From contig OZ255726.1 in NCBI GenBank assembly GCA_965277405.1, positions 832,001 through 896,000 of the forward strand: a DNA stretch of 64,000 bases, given 5' to 3'. Numbering within the stretch: the stretch's first letter is position 1; each line of letters starts with the position of its first letter. A model generated the notes under the pieces. The model searched no databases, was not told the origin of the DNA, and was given only the letters and a program-made list of their open reading frames with translations. Shown piece after piece: positions 31,928 through 43,367 of this stretch. The translations under genes were made by a program, and so were the position numbers. The stretch is from Gammaproteobacteria bacterium. GTDB taxonomy: Bacteria; Pseudomonadota; Gammaproteobacteria; G965277405.

Positions 31928-32751
31928 CTATTTACTCCGTTTCTGCGCGGTGATTAGCCAACGTACACGGTCTAAGCCACGCGAGATAATGCGGATGATA
32001 GCTGCACTAATAGCTGACACTAACGCTTTAGTTGCAGTGATTTTACCGCTGAAATGTTTATAAATAATTACTGCAGGAATAGCGAAGCCAACCCCCATTG
32101 TGGCTAGCAAGGCTTCAGCAATACTTAGTGTGACCACCGCAAGATTAGTGGTCTTAGATTGAGCAATACCAATACAGCTATTCATAATTTCCAAACGCTA
32201 CCGAACAAGCCGACGCCCTACCAGTAGTTGCGTCAATCAACGTAGTCGCTGCGTCACTGCGACTAATCATTCGCCACATGGCTGAGATATTGCCGAGCAT
32301 ATTCTTGTTGGTATCTTGTTACTAGTTAGCTTCTTTAGGGAAGCTCTGATTAAGTCCATGATGGGCGAGACGCAAAAAAAACGATGATGAAACTTAAGCG
32401 CAGCACTTGATAATACTGGTGGTATTATCAAGTGCTGCAACGACGTTAGCGCTGCGTTTTTTCCCGTCCTTCTATTGAATATACTTTGGGTTTGCGGCAG
32501 CGGCACTTGCTGTGTTGCATCCCTTGGCGTATATGCTACGGCATGCGGCTTGCATTCATCAGCAATTGGCATCAAACTCGCTCCATCAGCGACTTAATCA
32601 GAGCTTCCTTGGATAGGTGTGCTGTACTAGCTAGGGGGGATAGTTGCCAACAGTTCATGGGTTTATGCAGCAAGTTAAATAAACAATTTTGCAGTTGTTG
32701 ATCAAGTTGTGCTGCATCGGTATGGATACGGTGCGTGTTTTGATTCTTCAT
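31928..32751 (-). pseudogene. exbB: Degenerate exbB interrupted by a MITE
   Basis: C-terminal IMNSCIGIAQSKTTNLAVV..IAEALLAT matches the intact exbB at 34237; ATG 32751 with GAGGAG upstream; internal deletions and stops. Confidence 0.7.
32339..32608 (-). mobile_element. IS5-related MITE, copy 5 (270 bp)
   Basis: Perfect IRs; flanks TTAG/TTGG. Confidence 0.92.
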
Positions 32752-32788
32752 CCTTCTTGCTTCTCCTCTACTCGTTATTATGATTGTT

Positions 32789-32807
32789 AATAGGAATTAT
32801 TCTTATT
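32789..32807. promoter_or_regulatory. Putative Fur box upstream of exbB'-exbD-tonB
   Basis: Near-palindrome AATAGGAATTATTCTTATT ~40 bp upstream of ATG 32751. Confidence 0.55.
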
Positions 32808-32928
32808 CAGTATACTAGCAGATTAAAAAAAAGTGGGTTATTTTTAATACAATTCCCGCGGTGCAATCGTCAGGTTAATCCATAAAATTTTTACACACAG
32901 CGCACGCACTTTCCGCTATACACCAAGT

Positions 32929-34121
32929 AAGACAATTGCATTAACATATATTTGCTTAGAAAACATTTGTATTCCTCATTACTCAGAAAATCATCGTATG
33001 CGGAGGATTAACAGGTCAAAATCTTAGTTTTATGATGCTTTGGGAGGAAATTCCCTGTTGTGAACTTGATTGTTTGGCAGACCACATACATTGGCAAGGC
33101 CTGCGCCAACACCTGCGTATTGTGGCTGGAGACAATAGTCAGTATGTTTACAATACTGTTATTACTAACTCTTATTACCAAAATGGTACAACTTAGCGGA
33201 TGAAGCAGTGAGCCATGCAGTTGCTCACGGTTTAGTTTGAATGCAGTTTGGTAATTTTACTCTTGCAGGCAGCTGACGCGACAATGTGTGTCCGCTTGCG
33301 GAAAAAGGCAAACACATAATCTTTTCAAAGCCCTCCTTGATAGCAGCATGCCATTGAACAGCAAGGCTTACAACTTAGCAATGGTAATATGTATCGGCGG
33401 CTTACGTTGCTACAAAGTGCTAGTCGGCCACGCCAGATGCTAGCGAGTACGCATTAGCGAATGGAATATATGCAACAGGAAAGGTTAAATATACCGATGA
33501 TGTTGCTGCGTCATCGATGAGCAAAGGTGATAAGTTGCCGTATGGTTATAGCACTACTGTTGTCACAGATGAACATGGCGTTATCTGTTGCTACGCATGC
33601 GGCGCATCCCAGCGCGATGGGTAGATTTGCAGATGATATAGCAGGTAGCTCCTAATCAAAGCCGGACAAACGCTTGTGTATGACCAGGGAGCTACCAGCA
33701 AAACCAAGCAAGCAAATCTAGGTGATAAGCAAATTGATGATGGCATTATGCGGAAAAAACCACGCGGTAAAGCAATGCCACACTGGCAACAGGCTGGTAA
33801 CAAGTTGAAATCATCAAAACGCTTTGTGGTCGAGAGAACTTTCGCCACCATGACAAGGGTGTATGGTCTCCACCGCGCGCGCTATCTTGGCATAGCCAAA
33901 CCATGCTGAGGTTGAAGGCAATGGCGTATAACTTGAAAAGGGCTAGCAATTATAGCAACAACAGCAGCAGTATTGCTCTTAAATGCTGGGAAATAGGACT
34001 AAACAAGCCCTGATAAATGGGCATATACGCGCCATTTTCAGCACTTTCTGCGTTTTTTTAGTAAAAATCTCCAATTTTTACTCATCAAAGCAAAAAATAA
34101 TGGGGGGACTGCAGTGGTCTT
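32929..34121 (+). mobile_element. Degenerate IS1106-like element (IS5 family)
   Basis: Ends AAGACAATTGCA / TGCAGTGGTCTT; remnants LLLPKWYNLADE, GIMRKKPRGK, RFVVERTF..RARYLG, LKAMAYNLKRA. Confidence 0.78.
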
Positions 34122-34236
34122 CAAGTGACAACAAATGACCCCGAGTGATCAAAGGACAACGCTACGGGGCTGCCAAGCATGACCAATAAACCCTCATAGC
34201 GTCAAATAGCTGCGCTAATCCGCCATCCCGTATCAA

Positions 34237-35271
34237 TTACTCGGCTGCAGTAACGTTGATAGGTGGTATTTTGTTCAGCGCATGGTGAATTTCACGGTCT
34301 AAGTCACGTGAGATAAGCCTCATAACAGCTGCACTAATATCTGAGACTAAGGCTTTAGTTGTAGATATTTTACGGGTGAAATGATTGTAAATTACTACCG
34401 CTGGAATAGCGGCGACAAGCCCCATTGCTGTGGCGAGCAAGGCTTCAGCAATACCTGGTGCTACCACCGCAAGATTAGTGGTATTAGATTCAGCAATACC
34501 AATAAAGCTATTCATAATTCCCCAAACGGTACCGAACAAGCCGACAAATGGCGAGACAGAACCAATGGTGGCGAGCAGCCCTGTTCCTATGATGATTTTA
34601 CGAGCAGTTGCGACTTCAATTCTTGAGAGACTAGAAGCAACGCGTACTTTGATGCCTTCTGTGCTGACATCTGTATTAGCAAGGTCGGCAGATAGACGAA
34701 GTTCATCATTAGCGGCATCGACTAAACCTCGGGCAATACCATTGATAGCGTGGTTGTTTTCAGCATCAGTTAATGCTCTGGTTTGCAGCAGTTGAGTTAA
34801 ATTATTGCGTAAGTGACGTTGCAAACTGGTGAATTCGATAGATTTAGACAGTAATACCGTCCAAGTTAATAGTGACGCAACAGCTAAGGCAATCATCACC
34901 GTTTTGACAACCCAGTCTGCCGCGAGAAACATCCCCCAAGGAGATAGATTATGCGGGATGGTCGGGTCTAGTTCTGCTGCAAGATGCTCGTCTAATCCAG
35001 TTGTTTCGCTAGGATGTAATTCTGCTCGTTCATTATCGTTAGTCGCATCATCACTTGCATTTTCAGCGGCGCTGTCCGTGGTGTTATCACTGAGTGATGG
35101 TGTAGCTGGCGCAGTCTCTGCTGCAGTATTGACTGGAGCATCAGCATGGCTTGGTTGATCCGATTGGTTGTCAGCATGAATATCTGCGGAAAACAACACG
35201 CTTACAGCCAATATTATTAATAACAAACAATAATTAACTTTAGACAACAAAAGATATGGGTGAAGATTCAT
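34237..35271 (-). CDS. exbB: ExbB with an extended acidic N-terminus
   Basis: LSPWGMFLAADWVVK, LATIGSVSPFVGLFGTVWGIMNSF, VVAPGIAEALLATA. Confidence 0.93.
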   Translation of the reverse strand: MNLHPYLLLSKVNYCLLLIILAVSVLFSADIHADNQSDQPSHADAPVNTAAETAPATPSLSDNTTDSAAENASDDATNDNERAELHPSETTGLDEHLAAELDPTIPHNLSPWGMFLAADWVVKTVMIALAVASLLTWTVLLSKSIEFTSLQRHLRNNLTQLLQTRALTDAENNHAINGIARGLVDAANDELRLSADLANTDVSTEGIKVRVASSLSRIEVATARKIIIGTGLLATIGSVSPFVGLFGTVWGIMNSFIGIAESNTTNLAVVAPGIAEALLATAMGLVAAIPAVVIYNHFTRKISTTKALVSDISAAVMRLISRDLDREIHHALNKIPPINVTAAE

Positions 35272-35339
35272 GATATTTAAGATCCTATAGTTGGGGTGAG
35301 TAGCGGTTGTGGATAAAGTTAGATACGGCAACCAGATAG

Positions 35340-35400
35340 GGAAGATCTGATTAATTCCATGCTGAGCGAGACGGAGAAACAACACTGATGATAACTTAAG
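35340..35400 (-). mobile_element. Truncated MITE end
   Basis: GGAAGATCTGATTAATTCCATGCTGAGCGAGACGGAG matches the MITE right end. Confidence 0.75.
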
Positions 35401-35633
35401 TGATCTCTGAATAATTCTCTACTATTTAATTTTCTACACGCAGCAATGCTCAATAACAATAAACCCAGCGGCTGAGCATCGATGCTTGTTCACGTTTATT
35501 GTTGTTGCTGTGCTGTTGCTGAATTTCCCGTTGTTTGGACGCACTAACCCTGTGGTTGCGGTAAATATTTATGACTGCGCACTAGGTTAGTAAGCCAAGC
35601 TAGCATGTATAGTCGGTTGGTATTCTTCGCTTA

Positions 35634-35930
35634 GGAAGCTCTGCTTAAGTCGCTGATGAAGCGAGTTTGCCTGCAGTTGCTGATGATTGCAAGGAGCAAA
35701 CCGCAGGCGCATGCCATAGCATATTCGCCAAGGGATGCAACACAGCAAACGTAATCAATTGCCGCAAATCATCATATATTCAACACAACGGCGGGAAAAA
35801 AGCGGTGCTAACTTCATTGCAGTACTTGGCAATACACACAAAGTCACACCAATTTTAACTGCGCACTGCGCTTAAGTTTCATCAGCGTTGTTGCTTAGTC
35901 TCGCCCATTAAGGAATTAATCAGAGGCTCT
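35634..35930 (+). mobile_element. IS5-related MITE, copy 6
   Basis: Homologous to copy 1; IRs partly degenerate. Confidence 0.88.
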
Positions 35931-36718
35931 TTAATAGCAGCATTCCATTGAACGTCAAGGCTTCAAACTTAGCAATGCCAATATGTATCAGCGGATTACG
36001 TTGCTACAAAGTGCTCGTCGTCCACGCTAGATGCAATCGAGTATGAATTAGCGAATGGAACATATGCAACAGGAGAAGTTGCATATACCGATGCTGTTGC
36101 TGCGTCATCGTTGAGCAAAGGTGATAAGTTGCCGTATGGTTATAGTGCTACTGTGGTAACAGATGAACATGGTGATATCTGTTGCTACGCATGCGGCGCA
36201 TCCCAGCGCGATGGGCAGGTTTGCAGATGATATAGCAGGTAGCTCCTAATCAAAGTCGGACAAACGCTTCTGTATGACAAGGGATCTGCCAGCAAAGCCA
36301 AGCAAGCAAATCTAGGTGATAAGCACATTGATGATGGAATTATGCGGACAAAGCCACGCGGTAAAGCACACACTGGCAAAAGATTCGTAACAAGCTGATA
36401 TCATCAACACGCTTTGTGGTCGAGAGAACTTTCGCCACAATGAAAAGCGTGTACGGTCTCCAGCGCACGATATCTTGGCATAGCCAAAGTCGATGCTGAG
36501 GTTGAAGGCAATGGCGTATAACTTGAAAAGGGCTCGCAATTATATCAACAACAGCAGCAGTATTGCTCTTAAATGGTGGGAAATATGACCAAAAAAGACC
36601 AGATAAATGGGCATATATGCGCTATTTTCGGAGCATTCTATGTTTTTTTAGTAGAAACACCCAATTTACGATTGCCCACGCTTCAAAGCAAAAAATGAGA
36701 GGGTATTGCAGTTGTCTT
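35931..36718 (+). mobile_element. IS1106-like remnant, 5'-truncated at the MITE
   Basis: Direct repeat of ~33340-34121. Confidence 0.8.
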
Positions 36719-36805
36719 CATTCATGCAGCGCTTGCAAGCCAACAAAACGCATCTGCATCAGCAACGTAATCTGAACTTGCCGATGCAGAGCTACAATTG
36801 AGTTA

Positions 36806-37303
36806 TCAGTCAAGAAACAAATCATCAAAATTTTTGTCTTGATGCTGTGCCAAATGCTTGACCATCGTGGTGCTGATAACCGCATGAATATCTATGTGAT
36901 TTTCATGGTGGATAAGGTTTTTGACAAGAAAGTCACGAACACGGTTAATCTGTTCGATTTCATCAACTTGGACATGCAACAACACATCAAAAAATCCACT
37001 GACATGATAAATCGCATACACTTCGCTTATATCAAGCAATTTGCGCTTAAATGTATCAAACTCTAATCCACCGAGCTTAAAGGTAATGAAGGCATCGATG
37101 GTACGAACAACATTGGTATTGCCAAAAATTGTATGATAGCCACGGATAACCCTTAAATCTTCTAGCTTACTTAACCGTTGATTGACAGCACTTCTTGAAA
37201 GCCCAATGCTGCGTGAAATATGCGCAATAGGGATTCTGGCGTTGTCTTTAAGGTGGGCGAGAATTCTGCGATCATAACGATCTAATACTAATTTATTACT
37301 CAT
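36806..37303 (-). CDS. Lrp/AsnC-family regulator, copy 2
   Basis: Differs from copy 1 at two residues (A>V, I>F). Confidence 0.92.
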   Translation of the reverse strand: MSNKLVLDRYDRRILAHLKDNARIPIAHISRSIGLSRSAVNQRLSKLEDLRVIRGYHTIFGNTNVVRTIDAFITFKLGGLEFDTFKRKLLDISEVYAIYHVSGFFDVLLHVQVDEIEQINRVRDFLVKNLIHHENHIDIHAVISTTMVKHLAQHQDKNFDDLFLD

Positions 37304-38352
37304 GATTTACTCCATTCTCCTCGCATATACAGCGAAGTTTGTAAAGCAACAATATCAATGATAGTCACATTCTTGTTGCTATAATTACTAGGAATACCCA
37401 GTATTTGAATAAATGAATAACTACAACACATCACATAGTGAGTTTTGTATTGTTGTTACACACTATCCGTATATTATATACAACAAAACTATTTTGTATA
37501 TACAATCGGTGTTGTGTTATATCGTCGCCAAGGGTGCCATACCTGCCTGCTGGTCTGGTATACTTGTTGCGATTTAGAGCAACCACTACGTATAGGTACC
37601 GCTATTTTATGAGTGTTTTCAACTCCTTGTAGTTAATAGCAACCCGTTTGCAGCCCGCAATGGCAGGAAATTTGACCGACTGTTATGTAGTTTTGCTTGC
37701 AAATTGAGACATTTAGTATTCATCATACGCTCTTTAGCGCTTCATCAGTGCCGCATTTGATTTGCGTCTTAGCTCTGAACGTTGTGCCCCTGTATTCCCT
37801 GTTTTTTTTATACGGGACATTAATACTGTATAGAGGAGATGGATACAGTCGCGGTTTCTGTCGTAACATCACACAAAACACCACATTTGTAGCTGCAGCT
37901 CTTCATCATGTTTTTGCTCTTGACCAAGATTGAAAAGCTGTTTTTATTCATTTTTTATTGTCTTTCATGCGTTTTTGCTAAATTTCCTATGTTTTGGACG
38001 CACTAATAGGGGGGATGGGAATAAATGAGACTGTAAGTTGTCAATAAATGAGACTCTACAGTTGAGCAAATTTGTTGATTTTATGCGGGTTGTAGCGTAA
38101 ATCCCTTATGACATATAGGATGTAGCGTGTTGCGTGAATTATTGCCGTTTGCTTCCGTTTTGTGCACTCTTCGGCAATAATTGTAGCGTTTATCTAGGTT
38201 TTACGGGGATTGTTGTTTTTCAAAAACGTGAAATTTAACGTAAAAAAGCGTGTTTAAAAAACGATATTTTAACGTTAAAAAACGTGTTTAAAAAGTGATA
38301 TTTTTACGTGCTATTGCAGCACGATATGGAGGGGTAATTGCAGGGTTATGTT

Positions 38353-38652
38353 TTAGTAAACAAGATTTTCAGCATCAAGGTCATTGAAGGTATCTGGTGG
38401 AACCATTATGCCATCTACGAACCAGTGAAAACTTAACAGAAGAGCCAAGTCTTTTCTGCCTATGTTTTTTTTGCCAAGGTATATACAACCACCTGGTGGT
38501 ATACAAATACCACCTTTCTTTTTTAAGTCATCAAGAAGGACTTGAAGTAACTTTGCGTGCTCACCTGAGAATAATTGCGTTTTAAAATCAAAGGTAAACT
38601 CAACGTTTGGATAGCCTTCGTCGATAGACTTTAGTGTGTATGATTTTTTCAT
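38353..38652 (-). CDS. Small protein coupled to MuF allele B, putative immunity protein
   Basis: ATGA overlap; shares LKSID, VEFTFD, QLFSG, KKKG, LSxHW with 22768-23070 but is otherwise divergent. Confidence 0.65.
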   Translation of the reverse strand: MKKSYTLKSIDEGYPNVEFTFDFKTQLFSGEHAKLLQVLLDDLKKKGGICIPPGGCIYLGKKNIGRKDLALLLSFHWFVDGIMVPPDTFNDLDAENLVY

Positions 38653-40386
38653 GGTTTGTATGTAAATAGTAGTCCTAGTGCGGTGTCGAATAGTGGTTGA
38701 TCAATGCGGATAAAATCAAAAAACAATTTTGTGTCATAGCGAGCTACAAATTTTTCTCTTAATGTGCTGCCAGCGCCTATTCTACCAAGAAGTTTATCAA
38801 AAGACATTGTCATAACCTCTTGTGCTCCGCCGTATGGATATACTCGTCCAACATATGGATCATAATAATTGTCTCTGCGAGTTACTTCGTGCAATTTGTA
38901 TTCTAGGTTACCCGTTACACCACGCAATCGCTCTAATGAGTCGCCTTTGGTTCGTTGCCTATGAACGTTTTGAAATACAGCATCAAGTTCTGGAACGCCG
39001 CGTTGTAAATGATGTCCGTATTCATGCACGCCAGAATGATGATTGCGTAATTTTATTCTTTTAAGTCCAGGATTATAACTAGCTCTACGAGAGCTATACA
39101 CCGCACTCAACTCCCCCAGCTTATTCGCCTTATCCGTCCAGTCATCTGGATAGCGTTGCGAGGCTTCTCGCACCAACTTTGCCCCTTTGCCGTTGCCCTT
39201 CATCAGTGCCACGTTGTTAACGCTACGCACTGCCGCTAAGCGCGTCAACAACTGCTCTTGAAACTCCCCTATATATACCTGTCCTGCTGTGGCGAAGTCT
39301 TGCGAATTTTGCACATCGGCAAGCCCATCAAGGAACGTTTTACCGTTGCGCATTTTGCTGTTGAAAATGCCCTCGCGCACCTTTGTACCTTCACGCTCGT
39401 AGAGCTTTGGGTCACTGCTGTTTGTAAAGCTCGCAACAGGGTTTGTAGCCGCTGTTGTCGTCTGTTCTGGCTGCCAATGCCCACCACCTGTTGGCTGATA
39501 CGCAACCGTGATGGTGCGGCAATTAAAATGATACGGTGGTGAACCTGCGCTGTGATCGACAGGAGTTGTGGTACTAAACATTTTCCAAGCTGATTTTGCA
39601 GCATCGGCATCTTTGTTATTAGTAGCAGCTAAATATCTATGGCGTTGTTGTGTTAATTGGGTGACTGGGATAATGGTACCGTGCAATTCACGGCACACCG
39701 CAGACGTTTTATCGTCTAGATACGCCTGTACTTTTACATATTGAATCCCAGCGCGTTGATAGCCTGTCACTCGACCCATCTCACGGGTTTTTGTCGCAGT
39801 ATGATCTGCCAGCATATGCCAATACGCACTGCTTTTATCAACGACATCAGCTAAGCCGTGCGCTAGAGCCTTGGCCAATTGCGGTTGAGTCATGCCGTCG
39901 GTAAATAAAGCATCTAACTTGCTGTTAATAATTTTGCTGATATGACTGTCCCAATGCTGCCCAACCCAAAACAGATTGCTAGTATGGATTTGCTCTAGCG
40001 CATCAAAATCGACAGTTTGAAAACCAATATCAACCGCTACTTCTTTGGCGCCTATTTTTATACAACGCACCACCCAGATTGATAATTGGTTTGCGCAATG
40101 CCGCAACCATTGCATCGCCACCTAAATCATTGGCCAATACCTTATAGATAACATCAATATCCTCCTTGGCGATTGTCGTCCCCAAATCACGACTTACATC
40201 AAGAGCTCTGGCAATCCCACTCTTGGCAGTATCACTCCACGCCCGCGTATACATATCTTTTAAGTCAGTCGTTAATCGCTCAAAAGCAGCATCGTATTTT
40301 AACAAGAAAATGGTGACACTACGACGTACTATCGCCCTACGGATGGTTTTTTCTATATACAGATTAACACTTTCACTTGGCATCAA
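38649..40386 (-). CDS. MuF protein with C-terminal HExxH domain, allele B (single frameshift at 40055-40059)
   Basis: CRELHG...PPYHFNCRT; VHEYGHHLQ; ORFs 40030-40386 and 38649-40121. Confidence 0.8.
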
Positions 40387-40576
40387 ATAATCCTTGCTGC
40401 GTTGGCCGCGTGGATTGAGATTTACACGTATAACGTTTTACATCACCATGGGTTTCTTCCGCTGTTTTCCAGCGATGATCACAGCTTAAGCATTTGCGCC
40501 ACCGCTCCACAAATGCTTCATTTGGTCGAGTTCCATAAATGCGGATTGCGGAAGAACCGCATTTATGGCAGATCAT
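40373..40576 (-). CDS. Zinc-ribbon protein, copy 2
   Basis: Identical to 20835-21038; IS5 inserted immediately upstream of the start. Confidence 0.65.
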   Translation of the reverse strand: MICHKCGSSAIRIYGTRPNEAFVERWRKCLSCDHRWKTAEETHGDVKRYTCKSQSTRPTQQGLFDAK

Positions 40577-40579
40577 TAG

Positions 40580-41994
40580 GGAAGCTCTGATTAAGACGCT
40601 CATATACTCCAATAACTCGCATATACTCCAATACTCCAATACTCCAATACTCCAATACTCCAATACTCCAATACTCCAATACTCCAATACTCCAATACTC
40701 CAATACTCCAATACTCCAATACTCCAATACTCCAATACTCCAATACTCCAATACTCCAATACTCCAATACTCCAATACTCCAATACTCCAATACTCCAAT
40801 ACTCCAATAAAATAATAGCAATAATTTTCAATGGTCAATATTTGACCATTTCGCTGATCTTCTGTTGCTGTTTTACTGTTTTTTATTGTTTCTTATTGTT
40901 TCTTATTGTTTTTCTTGAATTTTGGGCGGTTCTATCCTGTTAGTCGTCCTCGCAGCATGTATAAGTTCGTCAATGCAAGCAAAGAAAATACTTGTACTCG
41001 ATTCTTTTCTAGTCCTTTGTAGCGAGCTTTCTTATAACCAAACTGACATTTGATTACCCGAAAACAGTGCTCAATCCGGGCGCGCATTAGAGTTCTGTGT
41101 ATTGCGTTTGCGCTGCGAGCCGCTCATTTGCTGCTTTGGTTTACGTTTATCATTCACGCGCCAATCTATCCCAAGGTGACGCGAGCCGCGTTTATAACTG
41201 TCGCTCGTATATCCTGCATCGGCAAAGATAACCTTATCTGTTTCACGCAGCAATTTGGGGAGTTCATTGATGTCAGCTTCATTCGCGGCTGTGGTGGTGG
41301 GCATTGCCGCGCTATGCATCATATTGCTATTAGCGTCGAGTTGCTATATGCATTTTCATGCCAAAATACCACTGCTTGCCTTTGCGGGTTTGATGCATTT
41401 CAGGATCCCGTTTTTTCTCTTTATTTCTGCGTAGATGATGGCGCATTGATGGTCGTGGCATCAACCATTGTCCCTGGTGAGATTATTATATTATTTTCCA
41501 TACAATACTCATTCACGACAGCAAGTATCTTGACGCTGAGTTGATGTTTTTCTATGATCCTGCGGAAGTTCAAGATGGTGGTTTCATCAGGGATGGCATC
41601 GTCTATCAGCTCTATATGGGCAAAACGCCGCATGCTTTCCATGTCATATAGTGCTTCTGCTACGCCTGGGTCTGATAAGTTGTGCCATTGCTGTAAAAAA
41701 TAAATGCGTAACATGGTCTGCATATTAATTGGTGGTCCGGGCCATTCCCTTTCTTGGGATAATGCGGTTGTATTAAGCCTAACAACCGTTATTAACGCTA
41801 ACATGGAGCTAATTTGTCCATCAACTGCAAGAATTTCTCACGTTTCGTTGTTACTTTCTTGTGGTCGTATGCAGCACTGGCAAAAGTTGTTTGTTGCATA
41901 AGATTATCCGCTTATTCAAATATTCAAATAGATTATCTCTTTGTATATCTTGCTAGCTGATATTGCTGTTGTTTGGGATTTAATCTGAGCTTCC
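40580..41994 (-). mobile_element. IS5-family element, copy 5; frameshifted, contains an expanded octamer repeat
   Basis: Both IRs; abuts the hom stop codon. Confidence 0.95.
40623..40806. repeat. Perfect tandem repeat (ATACTCCA)x23
   Basis: Counted directly from the sequence. Confidence 0.97.
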
Positions 41995-43284
41995 TTATGC
42001 TTCAATGCGCAAATGGGTGCAAAAAGAAACATCGTCAAGACTAGAGATTGATTGTTTGGCGTTGAGAAAAGCTTGTTCGCTGCACTGCGCAGTCAACACT
42101 AAAATTGGCACAATTTTGTTTTGGCAGGCTTGGTCTTGATGGATGGCCATGGTGTTGATTGCATGCTCAGCGAGCACCTTGGTGATGCTTGCGAGCACGC
42201 CTAATTGATTGCTGGTGTGTAAGCGTAGATAAAACGCAGATTCAGCAGTTTTATCTGGCAATGCTGGGATGTTCTCAATCATCGATGACGGAAACCCCAG
42301 CGGATGGTGCAAATTTGAGTTCATTGCGATGGATAACACATCGTTTATTACTGCTGATGCGGTTGCTGGTCCTCCCGCACCTTGGCCAATGGCTATTGAT
42401 TCGCCCAATGGGTAAGAGTGCAACAGCACGGCGTTGGTCGCACCATCGATGCTAGCTAATGGATTGGTGATGGGAATCAATACTGGCTCAACCCGCATAT
42501 CAATATAATTGGTGTCGTTGATACGGATTTGTTTGGCGATGCCAAGGTGTTTGATGGTATAGCCAAATTTTGTGGCATGAATAAAATCGATTGGCTGAAT
42601 ATTGGTAATGCCTTTGGTATGCACATGCGCAAAGTTTAAGTGTGTGCCAAATGCCATGCTAGCAAGAATAGTCAGTTTATGCGCTGCATCAATCCCTTCA
42701 ATATCAAATGTTGGGTCTGCCTCGGCATAACCTGCTTGTTTGGCAAGCTCAAGCGTATCGTCAAACGGTGCGTGTGTCGCGGCAATTGAAGAAAGAATAT
42801 AATTGCAGGTTCCGTTAATGATAGCGGTGACAGACTCAATTTTATTGCTACGCAAGGCGTCACGGATGTTCTGTAAAATAGGAATGCCGCCGGCAACCGC
42901 TGCTTCAAATAATAGTGCTAGCCCTTTGCTTTGCGCCAGTTCTATCAAGCCATTGCCGTGTTGGGCAATCAATGCTTTGTTGGCAGTCACAACATGTTTG
43001 CCGTGATGTAATGCGGTTTCAATCACTTCTTTGGCAATGGTTGTGCCACCAATTAGTTCGATAACTACATCAACATCATCGCTTGTGGCAACGTGTAAAA
43101 CATCTGTTGCGATCGGGATGTCGCCTGTATCACAATTTGGATTATTGCGGCGTGCGCCAATGAGCTCGATAGCAACAGGTCGTGTTACTTTGCGCGCGAT
43201 AATTTCAGCATTTTGCTGGAATACATTGACGACGGCACTGCCAACAGTGCCGAGCCCACAGATGCCTATTCGTAATTCTTTCAT
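41995..43284 (-). CDS. hom: Homoserine dehydrogenase with ACT domain
   Basis: GICGLGTVG, HVVTANKA, FEAAVAGGIP, GYAEADPTFDIEGIDAAHK. Confidence 0.95.
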   Translation of the reverse strand: MKELRIGICGLGTVGSAVVNVFQQNAEIIARKVTRPVAIELIGARRNNPNCDTGDIPIATDVLHVATSDDVDVVIELIGGTTIAKEVIETALHHGKHVVTANKALIAQHGNGLIELAQSKGLALLFEAAVAGGIPILQNIRDALRSNKIESVTAIINGTCNYILSSIAATHAPFDDTLELAKQAGYAEADPTFDIEGIDAAHKLTILASMAFGTHLNFAHVHTKGITNIQPIDFIHATKFGYTIKHLGIAKQIRINDTNYIDMRVEPVLIPITNPLASIDGATNAVLLHSYPLGESIAIGQGAGGPATASAVINDVLSIAMNSNLHHPLGFPSSMIENIPALPDKTAESAFYLRLHTSNQLGVLASITKVLAEHAINTMAIHQDQACQNKIVPILVLTAQCSEQAFLNAKQSISSLDDVSFCTHLRIEA

Positions 43285-43320
43285 GAATTGATGTGTATGG
43301 TTTATAAAAATATTATTTAG

Positions 43321-43367
43321 GGACTGTCTACTTAACTCGCTGCATCATGGACTTAATCAGAGGTTTC
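43321..43367 (+). mobile_element. Minimal 47-bp MITE derivative
   Basis: Two degenerate IRs nearly abutting; TTAG on both sides. Confidence 0.65.

Larger units (their letters stand above)
36317..40575. repeat. Right arm of the inverted duplication
   Basis: Reverse complement of 20835-25129 except ~38330-39100. Confidence 0.93.

Noticed and set aside
40623-40806. Possible CRISPR array or repeat protein (ORFs 40539-40943, 40563-40838, 40600-40821)
   Set aside because: 8-bp units with no spacers and no cas genes; the ORFs arise because the repeat has no stop codons
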